Origin: Mobula hypostoma
Lineage: Eukaryota
Assembly: GCF_963921235.1 (NCBI RefSeq)
Contig: NC_086097.1
Coordinates: forward strand, 80,168,001-80,232,000
Direction of reading: 5' to 3'
DNA: 64,000 nt
Below, piece after piece: positions 12,690-27,000 of this stretch (its first letter is position 1; each line of letters begins with the position of its first letter). Both the position numbers and the translations under genes were made by a program. The notes beneath the pieces were generated by a model that worked only from the letters and a program-made list of their open reading frames with translations, was not told the origin of the DNA and did no database searches.

Positions 12690-13280
12690 GAGCCTGAAAA
12701 AAATCTGTTGCTTTGAGAATTTCAAAGCTTCACTACACTCAGTGAAAAACAAAATCAGGTCATATCTGTCCTGAATAGTGAAGCCATTATTTTAAGACTG
12801 TGAAACATTGCCAGGAGAAATATTAACTCCACATTTATTCCATCAACCTCTTTTGGAATTTCTGAGCTCGAGAAAATTTTGGCTGAGTCTGCTTAATGTC
12901 TTCTCATACAACTACTAGAAATCAATCTAATGAAACCTTGCTGCATTCTTGCTTTCACAAGAATACTATTCCTTTGGTAGGGAGATCTCACCTATACACA
13001 ATATTCCAGGTGTGGTCCCACCAGAGCCCTATATAATTTAAGCAATGTCTGAAATCTACTTGCAAGAATGCCAATATATTGTTTGCCTTCCTAATTGCTT
13101 ACTGCCCCTGGATGTCCACTAAGGGGCATCCAGATTCCTCTGAACACTAACACTTTCTGTCCCTCTGGCTTTAAGGAATATTTTGCTTTCCTTATTTTTT
13201 CTAAAGTGATTAACCTCACTAATTTACAATTTTCTTCTTTCTGCTGTTTTCACACATTCACTTAGCCCGTCTATTTACCT
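12690..13280 (-). mobile_element. Old, decayed CR1 fragment
   Basis: Degenerate CR1 RT C-terminal sequence (ACACAATATTCCAGGTGTGGTCCCACCAGAGCCCTATATAA). Confidence 0.6.
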
Positions 13281-16047
13281 GACAGAGACATATTATGATA
13301 GGCTGCATGTATTTATTTGAACTATAGGTTTAATAATGCATTAAAATACATTTCTTGTGCATAATTAAGAACCACAACAGCAAAAATAGAACAGTAAATA
13401 ATAATACCTAGGGCATTTTAGACCAGGTAAATCTTATATCTCCAAAAGTCATCTAATTTACTTCATGAACCTTTGTAAAACATAAATGCTTAATATTGAA
13501 TTTTATTGAAGTATGCACAAATATATATGCGCACAGGGTTCAGTGAAAAATGTTCTTGCAGCAACATCACAGACATATTGCATTATATGGAAACTGTTAA
13601 ACAAAAGAAAAAACACAATTTTAAAAGCTGCAAATTTGGTGCTTTAATGTTAAAATTTCCAAATAATTGTGAAATATTATTAGAAATATATTTTAGAATT
13701 TAGGATTAAAATAGTCTTGATATTTTGCATTCAATGAAATAATTTTTAAATAAAAATATACACATTTCTGAAGGGTGCTTTCTATAGACTAACCACTTAC
13801 CAAAGCTTATGATGAAATGGATAAATACATCATTTATATGGTCTCGAGAATTTATACATACCGTACCTTCCAATGTACACAAACTGTGTTTAACTAGATT
13901 ACTAAATGTATTTTCTTATACTAATGCATTCTATTTTTTATACAGATTTCCATTTTAAAACTTTACAATTGTATGAAAATGCAATATGTCAATTTAGTCA
14001 TCATTTTAATTCTTTATATGGGCTATGTTGTTCTACAAAGAACAATATACCTTAGCCCATAAGACTAGGAGCTGAATTATGCCATTCAGCACATTAAGTA
14101 TTTTCCACTATTCGACCATGGATGACTTATGATTTTCTCTCTACTTCATTCTCCTACCTTGTCCCCACAACCCTTGATGCCCTTACTAACCAAGAACATA
14201 TTAACCACTGCATTAAATGCACCAAATAACTTAGTCTCCACAGACACCTGTGGCCATGAACTTCACAAATTCTCCACCCTCTAGCTAAAGTAATTCCTCC
14301 TCATCTCTGTTCTAAAGGGACGTCCTTTAATTCTGAAGCTGTGCCTGTGGTCCTAGACTCTTCCACTATTGGAAATATTCTCTCCACATCCACTCTATCA
14401 AGGCCTTTCAATATTCAGGAGGTTTCAAAGAGATTCCCCTTTTATCCTACTAAACTCCAACAAGTACAGGTGCAGAGTCATAAAATTCTCCACATACATT
14501 AACCCTTTCATTCCCCAGGTTCATTCTTGTAAATCTCCTAACACTCTCCAATGCCAACATATTCTTCCCTAGATATGGGGCTTAATACTCCAAATGTGGT
14601 CTTAACAACACCTTTCAAGCACAACATTACATCCGTGCTTTTATATTCTAGTACTCTTGAAATAAATGCTAACATTGCATTTGCCTTCCTTACCACTGAC
14701 TCAACCTGTATGTTCACCTTCAGGGTATCCTGCATGAGGACTCCCAAGTCCCTTTGCACCTCCAATTTCTGAAATCTCTCCGCATCCAGAAAGTAGTCTG
14801 TACCTTTATTCCTTCTACCAAAAAGCATCACCATACAGTTCTCTATGCTATATTCCATCTGTCATTTCTTTGCCCATTCTCTCAACCTGTCCAATTTCTT
14901 CTGCAGACTCCCTGCTTCCTCAACACTACCTGTCCCTCCATTTATCTTTGCATCATCTGCACACTTGGCCACAAGCCATAAATACCATCATCCAGATCAT
15001 TGATCTATAACATGAAAAATAACAGACCCAACATTGACCCCTGGTCACAATATCACCCAACCAGAAGATTCTCATTATGAGCTCCTATCTTATTTAGCAG
15101 CCTTGTCAAAGGCCTCATGAAAATCCAAGTAAACAACATCCACTGAGTCTCCTTTGTCTATCATGCTTGTCATTTCCTCAAAGAATTTCAACAGATTTGT
15201 CAGGCAAGATCTTTCTCCCTTTAAGGAAACTGTGCTCACTTTGGCCTATTTTAAAGTAGGCTTTCAAAATACCCTGAAACCTCATCCTTAATAATGGACT
15301 CTAAAGTCTTACCAACCACTGAATTCGGACCAATCAGCCTATCATATCCTGCCCTTTGCCTCCCTTCCATTTTAAAGAGTGGAATGACATTTGTCATTTT
15401 CCAGTGTTTTAGAACCCATTCTGAAATCTAGTGATTCTTGAAGGGTCACAGTACAGCTTCCACAATCTCTTCAGTTACTTCGTTCAGAACCTTGGGGTCT
15501 AGTCCATACAGTCCAGACCTGTCAGTTTCCCAAGAACTTTCATCTCTGTAACAGCAAACATACTCACTTCTGCCATCCCCCCTCTACCCATCCCCAGTCT
15601 CTTGAATTTCTGGCATGTTGCTCCTGCAGTGAAGACTGACACAAAATACTTATTCAGTTCATTCCCCATTTCTTAGCTCCCTGTTACTAATGCTCTACTA
15701 TTATTTTCTGGCAGACTAATGTCTGCCCTTGCCTTTCTTTTACACTTTATATACAAATATTTTTCCTACTTTGTTTCATATTATTAGCTAGCTTACCTTT
15801 ATATTTCATCTGTTCTCTTTTTCTTGTTTTTATTATTTGCCTTCTGTTGGTTATTAAAAGCTTTCCAATCGTCGAATATTCTGCTAACTTTTTGCTATTT
15901 TGTATGTCCTCTTTTGCTTTTATGCTGATTTTGACTTCCCTTGTCAGCCATGGTTGCCTCATCTACCCTTTAGAATGCTTCTTTTTCTTTGGGATGAAGT
16001 TATGCTGTTTTCTGAATTGCTCCCGAAAACTCCTGGCAATGCTCCTT

Positions 16048-16517
16048 AGAACATAAGAACGTAAGAAAAAGGAGCAGGAGTAGGCCATCCAGCCCATTGA
16101 ACCTGCCCCGCCATTCAATAAGATCATGGCTGATTTGTCCGTAATCTCAACTCCAACTACCTGCCTTTTCCCCATAAGCCTTAATTCCTTACTATGTAAA
16201 AACCTATCTAACTGTATCTTAAATATATTTAGTGAAGAAGCCTCAACTGCTTCCCTGGGCAGAGAATTCCACAGATTCACCACTCCCTGGGAAGAACAGT
16301 TTCTCCTCATCTCTGTCCTAAATCTTCTCCCCTGAATCTTGAGGCAATGTCTCCTAGTTCTAGTTTCACCTACCAATGGAAACTACTTTTTTACTTTTAT
16401 CTTATATATCCCTTTCAAAATTTTGTATGTTTCTATAAGATCCCTTCTCATTCTTCTGAATTCCAGAGAGTATAGTCCCAGGTGACTCAGTCTCTCATCA
16501 TAGGTTAACCCCTTCAT
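16048..16517 (-). mobile_element. CR1 3' fragment nested in the older CR1
   Basis: (AGAACATA)n tail and VVNLWNSLP motif. Probable TSD CTCCTT at 16042-16047 and 16518-16523. Confidence 0.85.
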
Positions 16518-17172
16518 CTCCTTCACCCATCCCTGCTATGATCTCCTTCCAATCAACCTTGACTAGCCCCTTTCCCATGCTTCCAGTAACCTTTACTCAA
16601 CTGCAATACCAATACATCTGATTTATGCTTCCTCCTCTCAAACTGCAGGATGAATTTTATTATATTATGATTATTACCTCCTGAGGGTTCCTTCACTTTA
16701 AGCTCCCTAATCAAATCTGGGTCATCACACAATACAAAATCCAGAATTGCCTTTACCCTAGTGGGCTCAACCGCAAACTGCTCTGTAAATCCATTGTAGG
16801 CATTCTACAAATTCCTTCTCTTGGAATCCAGTGCCAATCTAATTTTCCCAGTCAATCTGCATATTGAAGTCCCTAATGACAACTGTAATATTGTCTGTTG
16901 TACATGCTTTTTAAAATCTCTAGTTTAGTTTGTAACCTACACTCTGGCTACTATTTTGAGGCCTATATTTAACTTCATCAGTGTCTTTTCACCCTTCCAT
17001 CCACAAGGACTCTCCATTTTCTGATCCTATGTCACTTCTTGCTAAGGATTTGATTTCATTTTTCATCAATAGAACAACCTCAACCACTCTGCCCTCCTGC
17101 CTGTCTTTTCGATAGCATTGCATCCTCAGATGTTTAGGTCCCAGCTGTGATCTTTTCTCAGCCATGACTGAT

Positions 17173-19310
17173 TCAAGATTCAAGATTGTTTAATGTCATT
17201 TCCTGTACACAAGTGTAATGGAGAATGAAATTATTGTTACTCTGGATCTGATGCAGTACAGAAAAAAACACAAGCATGGTAATAATTTAAAAAACACAAA
17301 AATATAAATACGTATGATAGCATATATACATATTTCGATTGTATGCCATAATGTGATACCAGGCTGTACATAAAGTGAATGACAGGAGATAATTAAGTAG
17401 TGGTGGAATTAGTGGGTGGAGGGGTTGATCAATTTTACTATTTGGGGAAAGTAATGTATTGGAATCTGATGGTCCTGGTGTGGGTGCTATGTAGCCTCCT
17501 CCCTGATGGGGGTGGGACAAACAATCCATAAGGGTGGGTGGGTTCCTTCATGAGATTGCTGCCTTTGTTTCAAAATCCTTGATGGAGTGTGTGGGCTGGT
17601 GCCATTAATACTTTGGGCGGTTTTGACTACCCATTCTAGAGCCTTCCTATCTGCCACAGTGCAGTTTCCGTACCAAGCAGTGATGCTGTTTGTCAGGATG
17701 TTCTCTACTGCGCCTCTTTAGAATGATGTGAGTATGGACGTGCAAAGTCCAGCTCTCTTCAACCTCCTAAGAAAGTTTAGGAGTTGGTGAGCTTTCTTGA
17801 TTGAGTAGGATGTGTTCTGGGACCATGGGAGGTTACGTGTAATGTGTAGTCCCAGGGGTTTGAAACTGCTTGCAGTTTCCACTTCTTTGCCACCGATGTA
17901 TCGAGGGATGTCAGTGATATGAGTTCTCCTGAAGTCGATAATCATCTCCCTTGTCTTGTTCACATTAAGGAAGAGAATATTTTCCTGGCCCAGACCTTGA
18001 GCTCTTCCACCTTTGTGTCTTATTGTTGTTAGTGGTGAACCCACCACTGTTGTATCATCAGCAAACTTGACAATGTGATTGTTTGGATGTTTGGCTGTGC
18101 GGTTATGTGTGAGCATACTGTACAGCGATGGGTTCAGCACAACCCTGGTAAGCACCTGGTTTGAGGATAATGGGGAGGGAGGAGCCATTTTGCATCCTGA
18201 CTATCTGAGGTCTGTTCATTAGGAATTCCACCACTCAGTTGCACAGTGGTGTATTTAGACTGAGGAGTAGGAGTTTGTTCGCCAAGGTCTGTGGGACAAT
18301 AGTATTGGATGCTGAACTGAAATGCAGAAGCAGCATTCTGACATAAGTGTCATTGTTTTCTAGGTATGTCAGAGCCAGGTGCATGACAGATGCTATGACA
18401 TCTGTCGTAGAGGGGTTTTGTCAATAAACATATTGATGAGCATCCAATGTGGCAGGAATGGAGTTTTTGATATATGCCATTATCAGAGCACTTCATGATG
18501 ATTGGCATCACTGCCACTGGGCAGTAGTCGTTTGGCTCTGAGGGTGTAGATTTCTTCGGTGCAGAGATGATGGTGGCTGATTTGAAGCATGTGGGGACAG
18601 CAGCCTGGATGAGCGAAGTGTTGAAGATGTCCGTGAAGATGTCAGTGAGCTGATGTGTACGCTTCCTGAGTACTCTTCCTGGGAAGTTGTCTGGCCTGGC
18701 TGCCTTATGGGGATTGACTCGCTACAGAATCTTTCTCATGTCTGCTGCTGTTACACGCTGTGGTTGCTCACCTGGGAGAGGGATATCTTTTGTAGTTGAC
18801 ATTGTGTTGCATGCCTCGAAGTATGCATAGAAGTTGTTTAGAGTGTCAGGGAGGGAAGCGTCTCTGGTACAGTTTGGACTGTTTTACCTTATTTAGTCTG
18901 TAAAGCCCTCGATGCCCAGCTACAAACATCAGGGATCATTATCAGGCAGGTGTTCCTGAAGTTTTTTGTGCATAGGTGGTCTTTGCCCTCTTGATGCCTT
19001 AGATGAGGTTTGTCCTGGATGCTCAGAGAGCTGCTTTGTCACCTGAAAGGCAGCATCCTGGGCTTTTAGCAGGAAGGCACCACCGCATTCAGCCAAGGTT
19101 ACTGGTTGGGCCTTGAGATGACTGTTGTTGAAGTATCAACAGCTACTGATATAGCCAATGACAGGCGAGGCATATTTCTTGAGTTTTGGGTCTTCTCTGT
19201 TTGTGGCGGCTCCCTTGAACATGTGCCATTTAGTCTACTCAAAGCAGTCTTGGAGCATGGTGTTTGTCTCATTAGGCCATATAGTGATGGTCCTCTTAAC
19301 GGTTATTGAG
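17173..19310 (-). mobile_element. Rex1/Babar-type LINE with decayed RT, nested in the CR1 endonuclease
   Basis: SLYSMLTH, IVKFADDTTVVG, LNVNKTREMIIDFRR and KKAHQLLNFLRRLKR; (TCAAGAT)n tail; possible TSD CTGAT. Confidence 0.85.
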
Positions 19311-20248
19311 CTGATGATCACAATATTATACCTGCTAATTTCTAACTCGTCTATAAGCCCATCTACGTTTTTTTGCATACTGAGTGCATTCAAATATAAC
19401 ACATTCAGCCCTGTATTAACAATCCCTCTCCTCAAATTTGTCTCCATTTTGCCCCAAGTTAAATTCTTATCCTTTACTAAACTTTGTCCTTTTTTAATTC
19501 TGGACATTTAAAAAGCCTCTCCTGCACTCTCATTCCCTTTTATTTTGTCCCTATATGTCCTACCTGTTGAACCCCACCCACCACCACTGCTATTTAGTTT
19601 AAAGCCCTAAATACTGTACTTACTATGCGAATCACCAGGATCCTGGTCCCAGCATGGTTCAAGTGGAGCCTCTCTCATCAGAGCAGCTCCCTCCTTCCCC
19701 AATACTGAAGATAATATCTCGCAAGTTCAAGCCCATTTCTCCCACACCAACCCTAGAGCCATACAGTTAACTCTCTAAGCTCATTGACCATATGCCAGTA
19801 ATAATCTAAAGATCATTAGATTTTTGGTTCTGCATTTTAATTTAGTCCCTGCTGCTCATACTCTCTCAGCAGAACCTCTTTCTACCTCTGTTGTTGGTAC
19901 CCACGTGGATCACAACAACTTGATCTTTCCCTTTCCCCACCAAATTATATAAGATGTCCTAAACTCGGGCACCAGGCAAGCAGCAGCCTTTGTGACTTTC
20001 AGTTGTTGAGATAGAGAATTGTGTCTACTCCCCTAACTATATTATCCCTAGATACAACTGATTTCCTCTTCTCTCTCCACTCTTAATTGGCTCCCTGAAT
20101 CACTTTTCCATGGCTAGGTTGCTCATCCCCTTTACAGCCCCACTCTCATCCCACAGAGTGCAAGAATCTCAGACCTGTTGGACAAACTCAAGGGCTGAGA
20201 CTCCTCCAGCACTATCTCTAGGGATACCTCGACCTGCTTCCCTCATAG

Positions 20249-20506
20249 TCACTCCTCTTGTCCCTTACCACAGATCAAATTTGATGCATTTACTCTAATG
20301 GGTGCAACTGCCTCATGAAACACAGTGAGGTAACTCTCCCCCTCCTTGATGCATTGCGGTGTTTGAAGCTCAGATTTCAGATTATCAACTTTGAGCTGGA
20401 GTTCCTCGAGCAGCCAACACCTGCTGCAGATGTGGTCACCAGGAACCGCAATAGGAGCCAACAGCTCCCACATCATGCAACTACAACACATTACCCAACC
20501 CTGCAT
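20249..20506 (-). pseudogene. CR1 ORF1 N-terminal zinc-finger / leucine-zipper remnant
   Basis: CCSCMMWE..DHICSRCWLLEELQLKVDNLKSELQT lies upstream of ORF2 on the same strand. Confidence 0.75.
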
Positions 20507-22492
20507 CCCACTTTAACTAATTAGATGTAATTCGGTATCTTTTTCTAAGTTGTCAGCAACCTTGTTTAACTCTCAACTGCAAGCCTACTAAGCAATTAGT
20601 CCACCTGAGTAATTTAAAGAAGAAAGCTTATGGTTCTTACCATTTTCTCCTCGAAAGATCCTTTTTTGAAAGCCTCAAATTTCCTCTCTTATAATGGGCC
20701 ACCACTACAATGCCAGCCACTTGAACTTACCTTCCATTTATTGGTAGCTGCTGCCTAATAAGTCAATAAAATACTAAGACAATCAACAAAACTTTGTTTT
20801 AACTCATTCTCACTCTTGTCCTTACTCCTGTAAAGTGAAACTCACCTGCAACGAGACTTACAGTTTTAACTCCTTCCCACTCTTCATCTCTTCCTGTAAA
20901 GTGAAACCCCAAGTAGCCATTCAAATTTTCCTCATAAATCAGGCATTCTAGCAGATGAAAATCCAAAGCTGTAGCCTCATTCTTGTCAAAGTCAAGATTT
21001 CCCTTCACATCGTAGGAAGACTGACAACCTTCTAATTTCACTGCCATTCACTACCTGAAATGCCAGTCTCTGCAACAGGGCAACAATAATTGCCCCTTTA
21101 GCAGTCTCGATTTTGGGATCATTGGACCTGCCCTGGCACAGTTTTAACCATATTCCACTGAGCTGGGATAAGTTAGGCCCCTCTTGGTGGCAGAGATTAC
21201 ATGGAGACCTGACCTTGACACAAAAGTACAGAAACTGATTTATAATGGAGATCTAGAAATGAAGTTGGCAAGTTTTTAATATGGATTTTAGCCATACCAA
21301 AATTCTTCAGTCTTGACCTGAAGCCTTCACTTGATTTTGATGCACTCGGCTGGATTATAAATTAAGAACCTTCCGTTTGCTAATACCTACCTAACGTGAA
21401 TTTACATTGAGATTCAGTTACAATATTACTTCTGCAATGGACATTAGGCTACAAAGTGTTTCTAGCTCAGGTGTGTCTTTTAACTAAAAAAAAATCCTTG
21501 AAAGGTAATTTCCAACCATGGATTTCGGAAACAGGTTATATATTTTGACAGTATCAAAGGCACTTTCACCTGTGAAGATGAGGTATTCACTAAAATAGGT
21601 CAGGAGGAAGAAGGCTGATTTAAGAAACTCGGATTAAGATGTGGCTTCAGGAGAATCTATATCTGGCATTGTTGTATATTCCAGTCATTGTAAAAATACA
21701 TTAGCAGGATCAGAGATATGGCAAAGTTATGTGGAAGACAGTTGACAATTATTTCTTCAAGAAGAGCCCACTGGGACTCCTGCTTGTTGGTGTGGTTGAG
21801 TAATTAGAATAAAGATGGACAGGGACGGGGAGTGTTCAGAACAGGATATTTAAACTGTTGTGGAAGGGAGAAGAGCGGCCTTTGAATTCCTGGAGGTGGA
21901 GCTAATGATAACCTTGTTCTTGATATCTTGATCAACCTGAAAGGAGCTCTTTGCCTTACCACTTGCTGTAAAACTGAACCAAGCAACCATGTTGCTTCTT
22001 CTGAGTTTGGTCATCAGGTTCAACAGCTTTTATCAATTCATGATATTTTTTGCAATAATTAGCTGTGACTGTTGTTCTTTGAGAACCAATAAACCGCATT
22101 ATTTTGCAGCCCTGTCCAGGTATTCTTCACTAAGATGGTCAAAAATTTTCTCTTACTTCACACAACACTCTATTTGCTCTGACACACTGGCAATTATATT
22201 TTGCCTGTCGGACCATGTTAATCAACTCAAAACCACAGCTTGAGGAAAGTAAGTATAAAGTTGCCAATAAAAAAATAAGACTCATGAAATATTCAGCCCT
22301 GAGTATATAAAGGAAAATTTACAAATTAAATAAAGACATCAACCAATTGGAATACTCAATATTCTTTGTGTAGTAAAACAAATATGACTTTATTTAGATT
22401 GAGTTTATAAAACACTTCTAACTCTTGTAGATTTTGATGTTACCTAAATAGCTTTACTTAGATTGTGTACACCTTTTACAAATAACATCAAT

Positions 22493-25400
22493 CGAGATTC
22501 AGATCCAAGATTGTTTAATGTCATTTCAGGTAGACAAGTGTAATGGAAAATGAAATAATTGTTACTCCGGATCTGATGCAGCACAAAAAGAAACAAATAA
22601 GGTGAAGAACACAATAATAAAAAACACAATAAATATAAATAAATTGCTTATACAATAGATTGACTGTATGTCCATAAAGTGACATCAGGCACAGGAGTGT
22701 CTGTACATAATGTGACACTGACAGTAAAGGATAAACATAAAACATAGAACATAGAAATTTACAGCATATTACAGGCCCTTTGGCCCACAATGTCATGCTG
22801 ACCATGTAACCTACTCTAGAGACTGCCTAGAATTTCCCTACCACATAGCCCTCTATTTTTCCAAGCTCCATGTACCTATTTAAGAGGCCCGTTAAAGGAC
22901 CTATCATACCACTTCCACTACCACTGCTGGCAGTGCATTCCACGTACCCACCACTCTCTGTGTGAAAAACTTACCCTTGACATTCCCTCAGTACCTGTTT
23001 TCAAGCACTTTAAAACTAGGCCCCCTTGTGCTAACCATTTCAGCCCTGGGAAAAAGCCTCTAGCTATCCACACGATCAATGCCCCTCATCACGTTATACA
23101 CCTCTATCAGGTCACCTCTCATCCTCCATCACTCCAAGGAGAAAAGGTCAAGTACACTCAACCTATTCTCATAAGATATGCCCTCCAATCCAGGTAACAT
23201 CCTTGTAAATCCTCTCTGCACTCTCTCTATAGTATCCACATCCTTCCTGTAATGAGGTGACCAGAACTGAACACAGTACTCCAAGTGGGATCTGACCAAG
23301 GTCTTATATAGCTGTAACATTACCTCACTGCTCTTGAACTCAATTCCACCGTTGATGAATGCCAACACACCATACGCCTTCTTAAAAGCACTGCCAACCT
23401 GCGCAGCAGCCTTGAATGTCCTATCGACATGAGCCCCATGATCTCTCTGATCCTCCACTCTGACAAGAGTCTTACCATTTATATTATATCCTGTCTTCAA
23501 ATTGGACCTACCAAAATGAACCACTTCACATTTATCTGGGTTGAAGTCCATCTGCCACTTCTCAGCCCAGTTCTGCATCTTATCAATGTCCCGCTGTAAC
23601 CTCTGACAACTCTCCAGGCTATCCACAGCACCCCCGCCTTTGTGTCGTCAGCAAACTTACTAACCCACCCTTTTGCTTCTTCGTCCAGGTCATTTAAAAA
23701 AATCAAAAAGAGGAGGGTCCCAGAACAGATCCCTGCGGAACACCCCAGTCACCGACCTCCATGCAGAGTACAAACTATCTATAACCACCCTTTGCCTTCT
23801 GTGGGCAAGCCAATTCTGGATCCACAAAGCAAGGTCTCCTTGGATCCCATGCCTCCTTACTTTCTGAAGGAGCCTTGCATGGGGAACCTTATCAAATGCC
23901 TGAATGAAATCCATATATACTACATCCACTGTTCCACCTTCATCAATGTGTTTTGTTACATCCTCAAAGAATTCAGTCAGGCTTGTAAGGCATGACCTGC
24001 TCATGACAAAGCCATGCTGACTATCCCTAATCAGATTATGTCTCTCCAAATGCTCACAGATCCTGCCTCTCGGGATCTTCTCCAACAACTTGCCCACCAC
24101 TGAAGTCAGACTCACTGGTCTATACTTTCCTGGGTTATCTCTACTCCCTTTCTTGAACATGGGAACTACATTTGCAACCCTCCAATCCTCCGTTACTTCT
24201 CCCATCTCTATTGGTGGTGCAAAGATCATTGCAAAAGGCTCAGCAATCTCCTCTCTCGCTTCTCACAGTAGCATGGGGTACATCTCATCTGGTCCTGGTG
24301 ACTTATCTAACTTAATGCTTTTCAAAAGCTCCAGCACATCCTCTTTCTTAATGTCTATATGCTCAAGCTTTTCAGTCCACTGTAAGTCATCCCCACAATT
24401 GCTAAGGTCTTTTTTCCCTGGTGAATATCGAAGCAAAGTAATAAGTATCTCTGCTGCCTCCTCCGACTCCACGCACATGTTTCCACTATCGCACCTGATT
24501 GGTCCTATTCTCACACGGCTTATCCTCTTGCTCTTCAGATACTTGTGGAATGCCTTGGGGTTTTCCTTAATCCTGCTCACCAAGGCCTTCTCATGGCCCC
24601 TTCTGACTCTCATAATTCCTTTCTTAAGGTCCTTCCAAACAACTTCATAATTTTCTAGACCTCTAACGGTATCTCCTTAGCGCAAGGGGTTTAGATGGGG
24701 TGGAGCTTGTTAGGTGTGTTCAGAAAGGTTTCCTGAACCTTTCATAAGCTTTTCTTTCCTTCTTAACTAGATTTTCTCCATACTTTGTACACCATGGTTC
24801 TTTAACTCTACCATCATTTCCCTGCCTCAACGGAACTCATCTCTGCAGAATGCCATGCAAATGTTCCCTGAACATTTGTACATTTATGCCATGCATTTCC
24901 GGAGAAGATCTGCTCCCAATTTATGCTCCCAAGTTCCTGCCTAATATCATCATATTTCCCTCTACCCCAATTAAATGTTTTCCCCAAATTGTCTGCTTCT
25001 ATCCCTCTCCAGCACTATGATGAAGGAGATAGAGCTGTGGTCACTATCTCCAAAATGCTCTCCCACCAAGAGATCGGACACCCAACCAGGTTTATTTCCC
25101 AATACTAGATCAAGTACAGCCTCTCCTCTAGTTGGCTTATCTACATATTGCATCAGGAAACCTTCCTGAACATACCTAATAAACTCCACCCCATCTAAAT
25201 CCCTTGCACTAAGGAGATGTCAATCAATATTAGGAAAGTTAAAAACTCCCATCACAACAACCCTATTATTATTGCACCATTCCAGAATCCGCCTCCCTAT
25301 CTGCTCCTCGATGTCCTTGTTACCATTGGGGGGGGGGGTGTATAAAAACACCCAGCAGAGTTATTGCCCCTTTCCTGTTTCTGACTTCCACCCACACTGA

Positions 25401-25671
25401 CTCAGTGGACCATGACTTCCTCCTTTTCTGCAGCCACGACAACATCCCTAATTAGCAATGTCACACCCCCACCTATTTTGCTCTGCCTCTGTTCTTTCTG
25501 AAACATCTAAAGCCTGGCATACTCAGCAGCCATTCCTGCTCCTGAGAAATCCGAGCCTCTGTAGTAGGCACAACGTCACAGTTCCACGTATTTATCCATG
25601 ATAGAGTAGTGGTGGTGGGGTGGGTTAGTGGGTGGAGCCGTTTATCAGCCTTTCTGCTTGGGGAAAGTAAC
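22493..25671 (-). mobile_element. Rex1-type 3' UTR fragment split by a CR1 insertion (pieces ~22493-22733 and ~25599-25671)
   Basis: Both pieces are colinear with the Rex 3' end at 17173-17455. Confidence 0.7.
22734..25598 (-). mobile_element. CR1 LINE, 5'-truncated ORF2, same family as 8401-11165
   Basis: Endonuclease and RT motifs in the ORFs at 23129-25189; (AACATAGA)n tail. Confidence 0.95.
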
Positions 25672-27000
25672 TCCTATAGCTATTACAAATCACTTCAGCT
25701 ATTTTATTTACAGATCCCTAACTTAGCTAATATTTCTCCAGACAAGAAGCAGGGTTGTCTGTATTTGAACCTAGGATTTATGGCACATGAAATATTTTTT
25801 AGAGCCCTACACGTGAATCATGCCACTAATCTGGTTTACAAAGGATTAGCAACCTGCAATATTAAATCTGTTCCTCCCTCCATTAATGTTATCTGGTCTA
25901 CTGACTACTTTTTCTACATTATCGGCACTTTAAACTAATAGCATCTACAATACTTGGCTTTTTGATCAGCTGACAATTGCTGTTCTGTATGAATTTTGCT
26001 CAGTTAGTCAATGAGGGTCTTGAATTGACTGACTGGATCATCTGTTCCTCTGCTGCAGCTGAATTTCCTAACTGCACCTCTGACTTCTAGTGACCAAAGC
26101 AGTTGATGATCGCATTCCCCGTTCTTTATCCTGATTGCATTACAGTGTTACCTTCGTGATCTACTGCACCATCAGCTCCTGATTGGCTACCTTCGCTATG
26201 CTGTCTGGGTGTAGAATGTATCCTCTATACACTATGTACCTTTGGTATTGTCACGTGACCCTCCGTTGTTAGCTCTGAAGTGAAAAGATTTGGATTTGAT
26301 AAATTCATCCACACAGCTTTAGTAGTCTAAGCCATGGACTCCTTGTTTAATGGTATTAGTCCATGTCATAAAAAACATTGGCAACCACTGATCTAAACTG
26401 TCCTTCACTAGCCAGGAGCTGATATTTGATATGACACAAAGCGACATAATTCAAGGTTCTTGCTCATTAATTCCCTACAATTGTACTTGTACTTTGATAG
26501 TTTTGTAAAATCAATAATTTACATATTGATGAATTATATAATTTGGCTTATCATTGAGTAACCCCTCCGTGCAAGTTTTTCCACTTTCATTAAATTATGC
26601 ACTTCACTGTGCTCTTAAACAAAATGTTCCTTCCTGAGAGAAGTTAAAGTTTTCAGAATTTTAAAATATGCACCTGGAACTTTTCCGGACTTGGGGAAGG
26701 AACCTGTCTACCCTCATCTGTTTCATTACTATTTCCAAACCATATTAAACAGTGTATTTCACCAACATCCAGAAAAAAATCTTTGATTGCACTTGCTACA
26801 CCTCCTCCCTCACCCAGAACCATGAACTAAGTACTTTTTTGCTTAAGAATCTAGAACGTCTCTTCCGGTTCTCATAAACTTTCAAATTCCCTCTATCTTT
26901 TCTAAGATAATGTGACATTATATCAGTTGGCTAATACATAGAAGCTTTGCATGTAGAATACATCCATAAACCACTTGGAAAAAGATACTCTTCTGTTACT

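Larger units (their letters stand above)
14058..20520 (-). mobile_element. Near full-length older CR1 (ORF1 remnant plus ORF2), interrupted by a younger CR1 tail and a Rex1 LINE
   Basis: 3' tail at 14058; RT remnants at 14500-15450; endonuclease split at 17172/19311, with its start LNVLYLNALSM at ~19400; ORF1 Zn-finger at 20249-20506. Confidence 0.85.
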
